64,000 nucleotides of DNA from Gracilinanus agilis (taxonomy: Eukaryota): positions 272,923,748 to 272,987,747 of the forward strand of contig NC_058134.1 in assembly GCF_016433145.1 (NCBI RefSeq). Direction: 5' to 3'. The number at the start of each line of letters is the position of its first letter. The stretch's first letter is position 1. Below, piece by piece: positions 52,001 through 63,133 of this stretch. The translations under genes and the position numbers were made by a program. The notes under the pieces were generated by a model. That model was not told where the DNA came from. It ran no database searches and saw only the letters and a list, made by a program, of their open reading frames with translations.

Positions 52001-53699
52001 ATTGATCTGAAAGCCAACAGTAAGATTCCCCAAGAAGACCATGTTTTAGCAGACAAGATGACCAAGTATATGGAGTTTCCCCATCTTTAGAGAATCCAGC
52101 CCTGACAGGAGGAAGAAAACAAGAGCTGAGAGGCAATAAAAGTTCAGACCTACAAAGGATAAAGAGGCAGCCCCATACAAGGGCCCTGTAACCCTTGGGC
52201 CCTCCTGATTTCGGGCATTTGCAATTCTGAGATTAGACACCAGAACTAACCCTTTAAGGAAGGAGGAGTTTCTCTTGAGGCAGACCATGGTTTTGTTTTT
52301 CCCTCAGATAGTTTATTTGAAGTTTTATGGATAGTGTGTAGACTGTGCATGTTTTAAGTTTAAAACATAAAATTTGAGCCTAAAGGATTGTACCCATTCC
52401 TTGTATGTTGGGCTTTTGTTGTTTTTTGATGATTCTTTTATTATTCTGGACTTCATTAAAATCCATGGAAAGAAGGTCCTTAGTCATCGTCAGTGTTTCT
52501 TCATCAGCAGAAAATGTGATTTAGTCCCATTGGATTACATTACAAAATCTGAAAGGTTTTAGACTTTGTCATCACCAGTACTTCCTCAGTCTTGAGATTT
52601 GAAAGCTGCAGAACACCATGTTATTGGGTTATTTTGACTCTTTCCACCTTTTGGGGCTGTGTCGTCATGCTCATTAGGGGACCTATGGTCACCTTGGCTT
52701 GCAACCAAAGCTAAATTGGGAAGACCTGCTAAGTTCCACTGAGTCATATATTTTCTTCTCTCCTATTGTACAAAGTAGCATGGGGCCAGACTCTCAGGAA
52801 ATAAAATGTCTATTGAATGAATAAAAGAAAAAGAGTCATTCCTTGTGTGGACTGAAGGGAGAGAAGAAGAGGACATATCCTCTGCGGGTGCAAAATATAT
52901 ATATATATATAAAATTTTGCATATTATATATATATGTTATATGCAAAATTTTAATGCAATAAACTTAAATTTTAAAATAAAAAGTAATAATCAAAGCAGG
53001 AGACACAAACAAAAACCCAGACCAAAGTGGGAATTTCATAATGAAATCTGGGTTTAAAGAACAAATTATAGAATAAGGATCAAGTGATAACATACGTATA
53101 AGCCAGTGGAATTGCTTGTCAGCTCTAGGAGGGGGCGAGGAAGGGAACAGGAATCCTGGGAAAATGTTTTTAAATAATTACTTTTTAAGAAATAAAGACC
53201 AAATCATAGAAACAATAACCATGAGGAAAAGCGTGATAATGATGAAACTACTTACCAAGATTCTTAACATATATTTTTGGATATATTTAACAAATAAGAA
53301 AAGGGAAGATTAATGATGTGAATGTGTACTTTTTAAACACCGGAAACCCCAAAAGCAAACAAACCCAAAGTAAGCGCAAAAGAGCAGTGACTCTCCCAAG
53401 GTCTACAAAGCTGGGTGTAGAAATGCTAGGTCTCCTGAGTCCGGCGTTCTTAATACCATTCTGCCTGGACCGAAGATGCTCAATTGAAATTTAGAGGAGA
53501 AATAGAGCAAAAAAAAACAAAAAGACTGGAAATGGTAAAGCTAAAAGCTAACGTATATATGTGGGGAGGAGGGCGCTGGGGAAGAAGAGGTCAAGAAAAA
53601 GGAATCAAGGCATATAGACACCTCGATGGGTCACCAAATCCAGAAGCCTGGCAAAGGGGCAAAAATGTCACTAAGACTGAGTAACCCGAAAGAGCTGAA

Positions 53700-54420
53700 T
53701 GGCTGTAACAGCTGATGAGGGCAGCGCTTCCCGCTTGGACCAGAGTGCAGATAAAGCAGATTACACACCGCTCCTTTCCCCATGCCCGTCCCAACGAGCA
53801 GAGGAGCAACGACCTCGGGTTTGCGGCTCCTGTTACTAAAAATGCTCCCTGCAATGGAAAACTTTTGCTCCAACGACTCCTTCTTCTATTTTTCTTAACA
53901 TACCACCCGCCGGCAGATGCTCTTCTAATGGGCTTCTGGCCGCCAGGCTCTGGGCGTGAGCAGCCTTTCTTGGCAACTCCCAGAAATCAGTGTGTGGGAG
54001 AACAGAAGCCCTGGAGGGAGCGGAGGAACGCCCCTCCCAGCAGCTGTCCGACCTGGGAGTGGGAGCCGGAGCACGCGAAGATCCCGGAGGCCCTCCCCGC
54101 CACCTGTCGTCCAAATCAGAAGCAGGAGCCCGCATTCCCCGCCTCCTCTCTCTCCCCGAAAAGGGGCCCTCCGCGACAATGGCTTCACCTCCCGTCCGGA
54201 CGCGGAGAAACGCTTACTGAACACGTGCCAAGTGCCAGGCACCGCGCGGAATGCTGGGAATTCAAATCAAACTAGAAAGAGAGGCTCTGGCATGAAAAAA
54301 GAAGTTGAAGGGGAGGAAGAGAAGGTACGAGGTGGGGGAAGGAGAGTCTAGAGCAGGAGGGGCTTCACTTCTTGAAGTCAGGGACCCTTTGGCGGTTCGG
54401 TAAAGACTGCGAACCTTTTC
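53700..54420. promoter_or_regulatory. Orphan CpG island (candidate promoter or enhancer)
   Basis: About 40 CpG in about 720 bp by hand count; GC boxes (ccccgcc 54095-54101) and E-box CACGTG 54222-54227; not recognisably a repeat. Confidence 0.7.
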
Positions 54421-54549
54421 TCAGCGTGGTGGTTTTTTTGAATGTATAAAACAAAATACGGAGGGTTCCAGATACACCAGAGCAATAGTCTAGAACGCTT
54501 TTTGATCATGAACTCCTAGCAATAGAAATCTTTGGAGTGTACTTCCCAA

Positions 54550-54960
54550 CATATGAATATTATTTACTGTTATGTTTTATAGCATATCTATTATATACAT
54601 CAATATGTTACAGTTAATATGTTATATAGACTATTCATAGTATATCTATTGCATAGAATATATTTTATATGCTATCTACATACATTATAAAATAGAATTT
54701 TAAATAAAATAAAATTTTATTATCAACAAATTTAAATAAATATTAAAATTCATGAATAAATTATAAATAAAATAAAATTTATTGCAAATGAATTATAAAC
54801 AAATTTTATTATCAATAAATGTTAAATGAATAATATAAAATTTTATTATAAATACATTTTAAATAAATAAAAATGTTAAGGATGAGAAATGAGGAAATAA
54901 ATATTTTTAAGATAATTTTATTTTATAAAAAACTTCACTCTTCCTAAAAATAAAATATTT
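54550..54960. repeat. Extremely AT-rich low-complexity tract with recurring aaattttattat(c)aa units
   Basis: Direct inspection; units at about 54712, 54801 and 54838. Confidence 0.85.
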
Positions 54961-54989
54961 AATTATTTTAAATTACAAGCTTTTTAGTG

Positions 54990-55215
54990 AGAGGGCTAAG
55001 TGGTGTAATGGGTATTGTGCCAGGCCTTGATCTGAGTTCAAATCCAGCTGCAGACACTAGCTGTTTGACCCTGGGCAAGGCATTTAACCCTATTTGCCTC
55101 CTTTCCTTCATCTGAAAAAATGAGCTAGAGAAGGAAATGGCCAACTATTTCAGTACCTTTCCCTGGGAAATGCCAAATGGGGTCACAAAGTTAGGCATGA
55201 CTGAACAATAAAAAT
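54990..55215 (+). mobile_element. MAR1-type core SINE
   Basis: tRNA-like head, MIR core and RTE-type tail (gagaaggaaatggccaac...atggggtcacaaag..ggcatgactgaa). Confidence 0.75.
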
Positions 55216-56294
55216 GAGGGTAATGTACTTGAATATGCTTTATTATCTCTTTATCCAGTGATCCTAATTTCTGGGTTCTCAGTTCAGGCATTCTGTTTTC
55301 TTTTTTTGGTACTTTCTATTAAAGGCTGTTAAGACCTGAAAAGCAGACCTCCCAAAGGTCTGGAGATCCAAAGGGTATCACTGACTGCGATTATTAAATG
55401 GTGGTTCTCTCTTTTCAGTCTCAGCCCCACCAGTTTTACTAGGGCTCTTGTTGAAATTCAACCGTAAATGTCTATCCTCCCTGATGGAGAAGGGGAGAGA
55501 GGATGCAATCTCTGAAGGCCAGTGGGTCCATAGTGTGCCAAAGGAGGAAGCAGCAGGACAGATGGCAGGAAGCCCAGGTACTCTATTTTGTGGGTAAAGG
55601 AATACCTTCATTTGCTTCCCAGCTGGTTGATGTGCTCAGAGTTGGGACGGGAAGACTCTTGGGAGCAGGACTGCTGATCTGAAACAGTTCTCTGCTTTTG
55701 TACTTGAGCCCAAAGCCAACTGGCAACAGCACTGGTGCTGCCTCATGTGAGCTACTGCTGATGCTGGTTCTTAGCTTCCTCTGGTATGTGCCTACTTTCA
55801 TCAATAGGACTCTTCCTGGGCCACTGTGGGCTTTTCTTGTTCTTTGGGGAGAGCAGTGATGCTAGAGGAGAACCCAGGTAAGCAGCAGGAAGCCCTTATC
55901 CTCCAGATGTATTTAAATTTCTCTCCCTGCAATCCTTAGCTCCCCCCATTTTGTATGCCCTGACACTATCCAAGCTTCCCCAGAGGGTGACATTCTAGAA
56001 TGGTCTCTGAATGGAAGCAAGATCTACCAGTCTTTGTTTCAGCAAGGGTCCCCCAGGGCTCCAGATGGTGTCCAACCAGGCAACAAGCAAGATGTGCTCT
56101 GCTATCCAAGTGAGTGGGGATTTGGATGTGTGAAAGGAAAGAATGACTGCCTGCCTAGAGAAGGATGCAGGGGACTGGCTATCATCTAGCACGGACTATG
56201 CTGGGTGCAGGCAGAGAGAAGGAAAATGGCAGGTTACCAGGAAAGAGATAACAAGCCCTTCAGCACTCAGAATAGTTTGGGGTGGGGAAGATGG

Positions 56295-56520
56295 AGTGGG
56301 GGAGAAGAGAGAGAGAAAGAAATAGAGGGAGAAAGGGGGGAGAGAAGGAAGGAGAGAAAGGGGGAGAAGGAGAGAGGGGGAAGAGACAGAGAGATACAGA
56401 GAATTAGAAGGAGAAAGGGGGAAGGGAAGGAAGGAAGAAGAGAAAGGGAAAGAGATAAGAGGGAGAGAGAGAAGGAAGGAGAGAAAGGGAGAGGAAGGAG
56501 AATAGGGAGGGAGAGGCAGT
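56295..56520 (+). repeat. Polypurine (GA-rich) low-complexity tract
   Basis: About 225 nt almost entirely G and A. Confidence 0.9.
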
Positions 56521-56622
56521 ATGTATAATGGTTAGAGCATTGGGTTTGGAACCAATAAAGTGCTAGATTTGGATTCTGACTCTGACCTTGGGCAAGTCAC
56601 TTAACTGTAAAATGAGGGGAGG

Positions 56623-56836
56623 GGGGCAGCTGGGTAGCTCAGTGGATTGAGAGCCAGGCCTAGAGATGGTCCTAGGTTCAAATCTGGCCTCACACACTTC
56701 CCAGCTCGGTGACCCTGGGCAAGTCACTTGACCCCCATTGCCTAGCTCTTACCACTCTTCTGCCTTGGAGTCAAAGTATTGACTCCAAGACAGAAGGTAA
56801 GGGTTTTTTGCCCCCCAAAAATAAATGAATAAATGG
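56623..56836 (+). mobile_element. SINE inserted in a MIR
   Basis: 13-bp TSD aaatgaggggagg at 56610-56622 and 56837-56849. Confidence 0.9.
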
Positions 56837-57334
56837 AAATGAGGGGAGGACTTGATGGCCTTCAAGGTCTTTTCCCTCTTTAAATCTGATTTTCTTTGTG
56901 CCTTCAGATACACATCTTGTGTAGCTTGGGGGCGCATTCACTCCAGTTTTTAGTGATGACTGCTCAGAAGGAAACATCTGTTAGCACTAAGCAGCACCAC
57001 AATACTTGAGTCATTAATTCCTTCCTCATGGGAACTCCCAGAAGCCCCAGCAACACACTGAATGGAGTCTCTCGCTTGTACAGAGCCAGTTCCCCAGACA
57101 TTCATTAATTCGTGCCAACTATGTAAAAGGACTTATGCTCCATGCAGGTGAGACAAGGACAAAAGCAGGACCAGTCCCTGCCCTCTTGGAGCTTATGTTC
57201 TAGAAGAAACAAATGCCGAAATTAAGACTCAGGAGGCTTAAATGATTTGCCAAAGTGAATTCATGGCAGGATTGGAGGAGAGAAACTCAGGACTCTTGAC
57301 TAGTCTAGTACTTCATCCTTCACAATTTGACATT

Positions 57335-58185
57335 TGTTATATTTAAAGGAGGTCACTTGTATCTATTTGAGATAGTAGAAATGATGTACAGAGAGGATAA
57401 GATGGCACTTTTCCTTTATAACAGCTGCCCAGGCAGGATCCTTCGGGTCAAAGAGGTTTATCCCTTCAGGACCCACCTGAGGTTAATTGATATTATTAAT
57501 TTGGGCTCTCCAGCTAGGATAACGTTGATATTCTGACTGCGTTGACTCCCCTTCCCAAATGAGCTTTGGAAACCAATTTAGGAAGGTACTTTATATATTT
57601 AACTTTATATATTTAACAAGAAGGATAAGGGTAAAGGTCTGAGGTATAGGAGACCCTACTTTGATTGTTACTAATGAAACTCTCACTATTGGCAAATGAA
57701 AAATCAATGTTAGCTTCCCTCTGGTTCAGCCTGGCCAGGGCTAAACCAGAGTAGGTAAACTGCTGGGAAGTCTTCAGCTTCTTCTTCTGTAGATCTTAGC
57801 CTTAACAGTTGAGATATATCCACCCTTTTCCACCCTCTTCTTCGTCTCCTGCCCACTTCCCGGATCCCTCCCGGGCCCTGGGAAGCCTAGATAACTAGAT
57901 GATGAAACTCCTAATATCTAGGGGCAGTAGACACCGAGTACAGGTTGATAATGGTATATCAAGGACAGGAAGAGCTGGCAGAATGGTGTTTGCAACTCTC
58001 TCACTCCAAGACCAGGATCCACACTGATCTCTAGCCTCAGGACAGGTAAAAGACCCAGAACTTCTCCTCAGGGTTCTCAACCGACCCTTCCTGCCTTTTG
58101 CATGCCTCTCTGGGAACATTCTATCCAACTGACTTATCTGTCAATCACTGAATGAACTTCAAGCTCCCAGAGATACAATATAACA
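57335..58185 (-). mobile_element. Solo LTR (ERV1-type by 4-bp TSD), 851 bp
   Basis: Ends TGTTATATT...AATATAACA (9-bp inverted repeat); TSD CATT at 57331-57334 and 58186-58189. Orientation inferred from minus-strand GGATATATC TATA-like motif at about 57815. Confidence 0.82.
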
Positions 58186-58259
58186 CATTTTAGGAATTTG
58201 GCATCAATCAGTACAAATTTCCGGCTATCTCTGTGCCCCTGAGGCGATGGTGCTTTTGT

Positions 58260-58680
58260 TTTTTCCATTCTCTCCTCATTGGTAATGGTTCCCTTTGTGT
58301 CTTGAACATTTCATACCTCTCTGGGTTGCCTTTCCCTCTGTTATTTCACTCCATAGGCTGCTCTCTATTCTTCCCCCATCTCCTTGAAATCTCTTTTTCC
58401 AAAATCTGAGGTGCATGTATGGCAATGCTTGGATTTGCTCTGTAACAGACTCTAGGAGGGAACAGTCACTTCCCATCATTCCATCCCAGGAAACAGTTCC
58501 TCCCTGTTACTGAGAATCAGATCCAGAAGAGAATTTCAGCTCTTGGGAATTTCTCTACCTTTTTAAGGATAGAATCATCACTAAAGCATGTCAAGAAGTT
58601 TTTTTTAGCTGCTCCATTTTTGGCAGGGTCACAGCAGATGGCTGTATAATCGAAGTCTTCCACCATCATGAATCTTAGTG
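58260..58680 (-). mobile_element. CR1/L3 endonuclease-region fragment
   Basis: MMVEDFDYTAICC...KNFLTCFSDDSILKKVEKFPR matches the CR1 pattern MGDFNYPDICW...FL.C..DNFL.Q.V.EPTR. Confidence 0.75.
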
Positions 58681-60419
58681 GCCTTAGAAACAAACTCAGC
58701 GACCTTGGTGTCAGACTAGGGGATCTTGGGGCCAATAGGCTCAGCAGCCTTAGGACTGGTGGTTCTAGCAACCTTAGAGGGGCTTTATGATTTGGGGACC
58801 TGGGTGCTTGGGGGCCCCTAAATGGCCAGTGGGCCATTGGAGATCTTGGACCTAAGGAGCCTGGTCTTGAAGGACCTTTGTGTTCAAGGGCTTGGCTGCC
58901 TCTGCTCAGACCTTTACGGTTTTGGTGGTGTTGACCCTGGAAATCATATATTCAAAAGAAATGGCCTCAGTCCCAAGCAGCCCCTAGCTCTGATTGGATG
59001 GCTCCTTCCAGAACTTCCATTTAAGGAGGGTGTCCGGGCCAGCCTTGTCTCTCTGGTTCCTCTCCAGGATATACTCTGGACTCCCTCTGCCATTGCCCCC
59101 TTTTCCTCCTCACTCTTCTTCTCCACTTCCTTGTTGGTATTTTCTGCCATTAGAATATAGACTTTTTAGGGTAAGCACTGTTTTTCTTCCTACTTGTATC
59201 TATATTTAACACAGAGCTTATTGACTGCAGACTCACTTCATTTTTCCTAACAACCAGGAGTGCATTTCTGAATCTCTTCACCTCCTCCTGGAGGCAGTCA
59301 GCCTCTACTTAGATGTCCATCTCTGGTTATGGAGGAAATAAAAAAAACTACACAATCGATACAAGTCGTACTGGTTCCCTATGTTCTGTACTGTTGAGAT
59401 TTTCAGCTTTCTTCTTTGAATTATTTGTAGGCATTAACAACCCACCCCTAAGAACCTGGTTAAAACTGGTACAGCCAATTACCACCCCTGAATAACTTGG
59501 CATGCCCACTCAACTTTCTTTCTTTCATCTCAAAATCATAGTCACACCCATCTCCCCTACCAGCCTGTCTCATCTGATTTTCCCCTACCCAATAGTCGGC
59601 TCTCTTCATTTACTTTAAGTGGTTCCATTTGCTTTTTCTTCTTTACTTTTCCTTGTTTCAACTCCATTCTCTTCTCAAATCTACATTCAGATTCTACTTC
59701 CTAATCCTCCTTGATACTTTTATATCCTCTTTAATTTTCCTTGGGTCTGCTTCTTTTCATTTAGAGTAGAATCTGGACCTGGAATTTGTTCTCCTTCAGT
59801 TTTTCCTCAATTTCTCTGAACTTCTCCTTCCCAAATCCAGCTTCTGACCCACTTTCCGAATTCAAAATTGGAGCTTCAGATTACCATGATTCCCTTTTAC
59901 TTCTATTTTCTTCTTTTGCCTTTCTTTGTACACCAGTCCTTAGCACAGTGCCTGGCACACAGTAAACAATTAATAAATGATTATTGACTTGATGTGCTCC
60001 TATATGAAATGTAAATTCACTACTAAGTCATAGAGAAATCCAGATAGAATTCCAAATAAAATCTTGAGTATACCAAATGGAAGGCCAAACTCTCCTCCCC
60101 AATTAGCCTGATAATAAGAGTATAAATGTGAAAAAGGCTTTCTTTGAATCAACAGAGTTCTTGGGATTGTAGATCTAGAGCTGGAAGGGATCCTGGAGGT
60201 CATCTACTTTAATCCCTTCATTTTATTGACAAGGAAAAGTAATATATGGGGCCTTTCAGTCTTTGGTGTTGATTTATATCCCTTGTAGTGGGATCTCTGG
60301 GCCAAGGGTCACTAACAATTTACTGACCTTTTAAAGATAGGATTTTTCTAAGTAGCTAAGAAGAAAAACATAAGATCACCATAAACTTAGAACTAGAAAG
60401 GCTCTTTGAGGCTCTGGAC

Positions 60420-61190
60420 CAAGGTAGGAGTCATGAGAATGGAGAGAAAAGTTTGGATTCAAGGGATGTCGTTATGGTAGATTTGGAGATTGGGTCAGAT
60501 GGAGTGAGGGAGAGTTAGTATAGGGTAATGCCAGGATGATAAGCCTGAGAGACTGAAAAGATGATAGCACCTTGGATAGAAATAGGTAAATTTGGGGGGT
60601 GGGGAGCAGAAAGATTGGGGGGTAGAAAGTGAGTTCTATTTTGGATAGGGCGAGTTTGAGAATATGAAATGTTCAGTAGGCAAATAGTTGTTCAGAACCA
60701 AACTTTTGGGGAGAAAATAGCTGGAGATACACCTTGGTGGAAATTCACCCTTAGGCACCATGATAAGGATGATGAGCCAACAAAGGAGACCGAGGATACA
60801 GATAGGAAGAAAACCCAGATAGAGTAGAGTCAGGAAAGTCTCTAGAGAGGAGGAAGCAAGTATCAAATTTAGCAGGGAGATACAGAAAGGTTGGGGAAAG
60901 TCCCTGAAATCTGACAGTTCAAAAGACCATTGGCTAATGTGGAATTTTTTTTTGCATGGCTTCCTATGTAGAATGGATATTGGATTTTTTGCCTTTTCAA
61001 TGGGCAGGGGAGGGAATGGAGGAAAGTAGTGAATTTGGAATTGAAGATAAAAATTTTAATGAAAAGAAATTAAAATTAAAAAATTTTAAAGATCATTGAT
61101 AACTTTGGAGAAGGCAATTTCAACTGAGTGCTGAGATTAGGAGCCAGATGACAAAGGGTTGAGGAAAGAGAAGAGAGGAAGTAGAGGCAG
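60420..61190 (-). mobile_element. L2 fragment
   Basis: Reverse L2 text (gagtttgagaatatgaaatgttcagtaggcaa...ttggagaaggcaatttcaactgagtg). Confidence 0.65.
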
Positions 61191-61709
61191 TGACTGATCC
61201 CAAGGAATCTTGGTTTTGGCAAGACACTAAAGCTTGTTGCCTCTTTCTGGAAGCAAGATGAACATCGCTGAACCTGTAAATGCACAAGACCACTAAAGCA
61301 AAGACTCCTCCCTACAACCCTCCTCTTCAAAGGAAGCTGCCACAAATGCCTTAATTAGTTCAGAATGTCCTGTCTCCCTGAACTTGAAAGTTGGGTTGTG
61401 AAGGGCTGGCAAATGGAACTACATACACATGTGCTAGGTAACACAAACCAGATCTCCCTCATTAAAGACCAAGGTGCCTTCTAATTAACAAATGGACTGT
61501 CCCAGAGAAAATAAGACCCAGGCCCCAATTAACCAAAAAAAAAAAAACCCAAGCCAAATCTCAGTCTCTTGAAGTTTGAAACAAAATCTTCATGACTGTC
61601 AATCAGAAAGAATGAGATAAAGAGAGAGTTCATAAAACCTGGTTTTCTGGGAATGGGAAGTACAGACATGGAGTTCTCTTGCTACCATGAAGCCAGATTC
61701 AGTCAAACC

Positions 61710-61910
61710 CAAGAAGAACAGTCCAACTATCAATAATATGGAATTAGGTCTTAATCAGTGATACATGTGAAACCCAGTGGAATTGTGCATTGGCTAAGGG
61801 GGATTAAGGGGACTTGGGGAGAGGGAAAGAACATGAAATATGCAAGTGTGGGAAAATATTCAAAATAAAAATAAAAATATGATAAAAATTAAATAAACAA
61901 TTTTAAATTA
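61710..61910 (+). mobile_element. Short L1 3' end
   Basis: Matches 13206-13400 in this window (caataatatggaattaggtcttaatca.tgatacatgt.aaa.ccagtggaattgtgc). Confidence 0.85.
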
Positions 61911-62375
61911 AATTAAAAAATTAAAAAAAAACAAGACCATCTCGGAATTTTAAGACCAAAAAGATCCTCACTCAGCACCTTTCATTTCCACCCTCCTGGA
62001 ACGAACTTAAAAAAAAAAATCAGCACAACAACTTTTTTAAAGCTACAGATTTAACAGGCAGAAAATAGTTTCTAACTTGAAAGGCTTCTCTTGCGTTAGT
62101 TCATTATTCTCAGTTCTTAGTCTCCAACCTGATCTGCCTAAAGCAGGTAATGAGTTACAGATTTGCTTGGATGTCCAATCAATACTCGTTGAGTAAACAT
62201 GCAACAAATAGTAAAAAAAAAAAAAGTCATTTTCCTTATTTAATTCCATTATTTAATGTCTTTTCTAGAGGATGGCACCATTTTGTTTTGTATTTAAGTG
62301 AGACATGTGGGAAGAATTTTGTGTTTTTTGGTGCACCAAACTCACTTTTTAAACAAAGTTGCTGAAGTTCTCTTT

Positions 62376-63133
62376 TTTTAATTTACTTTTAAAATTTATT
62401 TAAAATTTTTTAATATTTTCCCATGGTTACATGATTCTTATTTTCTCCCACCCCTCTTCCCTCCCCGCTTCCGGTGCTTACAAGCAATTGCATTGGGTTA
62501 TATGTGTGTTATCACTTGATATTTCCATATTATTCATTTTTGCAATAGAGCAATATTTTAAAACCAAAACTCCAAATCATATACCCATATAAGTAAGTGA
62601 TAAATCATATGCTTTCCTTCTGCATTTCTTCTCTCACAGTTCTTTCTCTGGATATGGATAGCTTTCCTTCTCATAAGTTCCTCAGTGTTGTCCTGGATCA
62701 TTGCATTGCTATTAGTAGCAAAGTAGATTACATTTGATCATTTCAGTGTTTCAGTTACAGTGTATAATGTTCTCCTGATTCTGCTTATTTTGCTCTGTAT
62801 CAATTCATGGAAGTTCTTCCAGTTCATATAGAAATTTTCCATTTCATCATTCCTTACAGCACAATAATATTCCATCACCATCATTTACTACAATTTGTTC
62901 AGCCATTCCCCAATCAAGGGACACCCTCTCATTTTCCAATTTTTTGCTACCACAAAGAGCATGGCTATGAATATTTTTGTATAACCCTTTTTTATTATCT
63001 CTTTGGGGTACAAACCTAGTAATGGTATTGCTAGATCAAAAGGTATGCATTCTTTTAAAGCCCTTTGGGGATAATTCCAAATTGCCTTCCAGAATGGTTA
63101 GATCAATTCACAACTCCACCAGCAATGTATTTA
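62376..63133 (-). mobile_element. 5'-truncated L1 (ORF2 C-terminus plus 3' UTR)
   Basis: Reverse-complement similarity to 5400-6130; 11-bp TSD aagttctcttt at 62365-62375 and 63134-63144. Confidence 0.9.

Noticed and set aside
52046-52288. Minus ORF starting MVCLKR in strong Kozak context (resembles the MHC class II beta leader start)
   Set aside because: Similarity is limited to five residues; no signal peptide or Ig-like sequence follows.
53715-54351. Long overlapping ORFs (186, 131, 105, 99 aa) across the orphan CpG island
   Set aside because: Expected from stop-codon scarcity in GC-rich DNA; P/R/S/G-rich with no domain.
56205-56528. 107-aa R/E/G/K-rich ORF
   Set aside because: Translation of the polypurine low-complexity tract, which cannot contain stops.
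61396-62010. Possible LTR split by a short L1 3' end
   Set aside because: TG/CA ends can be chosen, but no TSD or other support was found, so it is not called.
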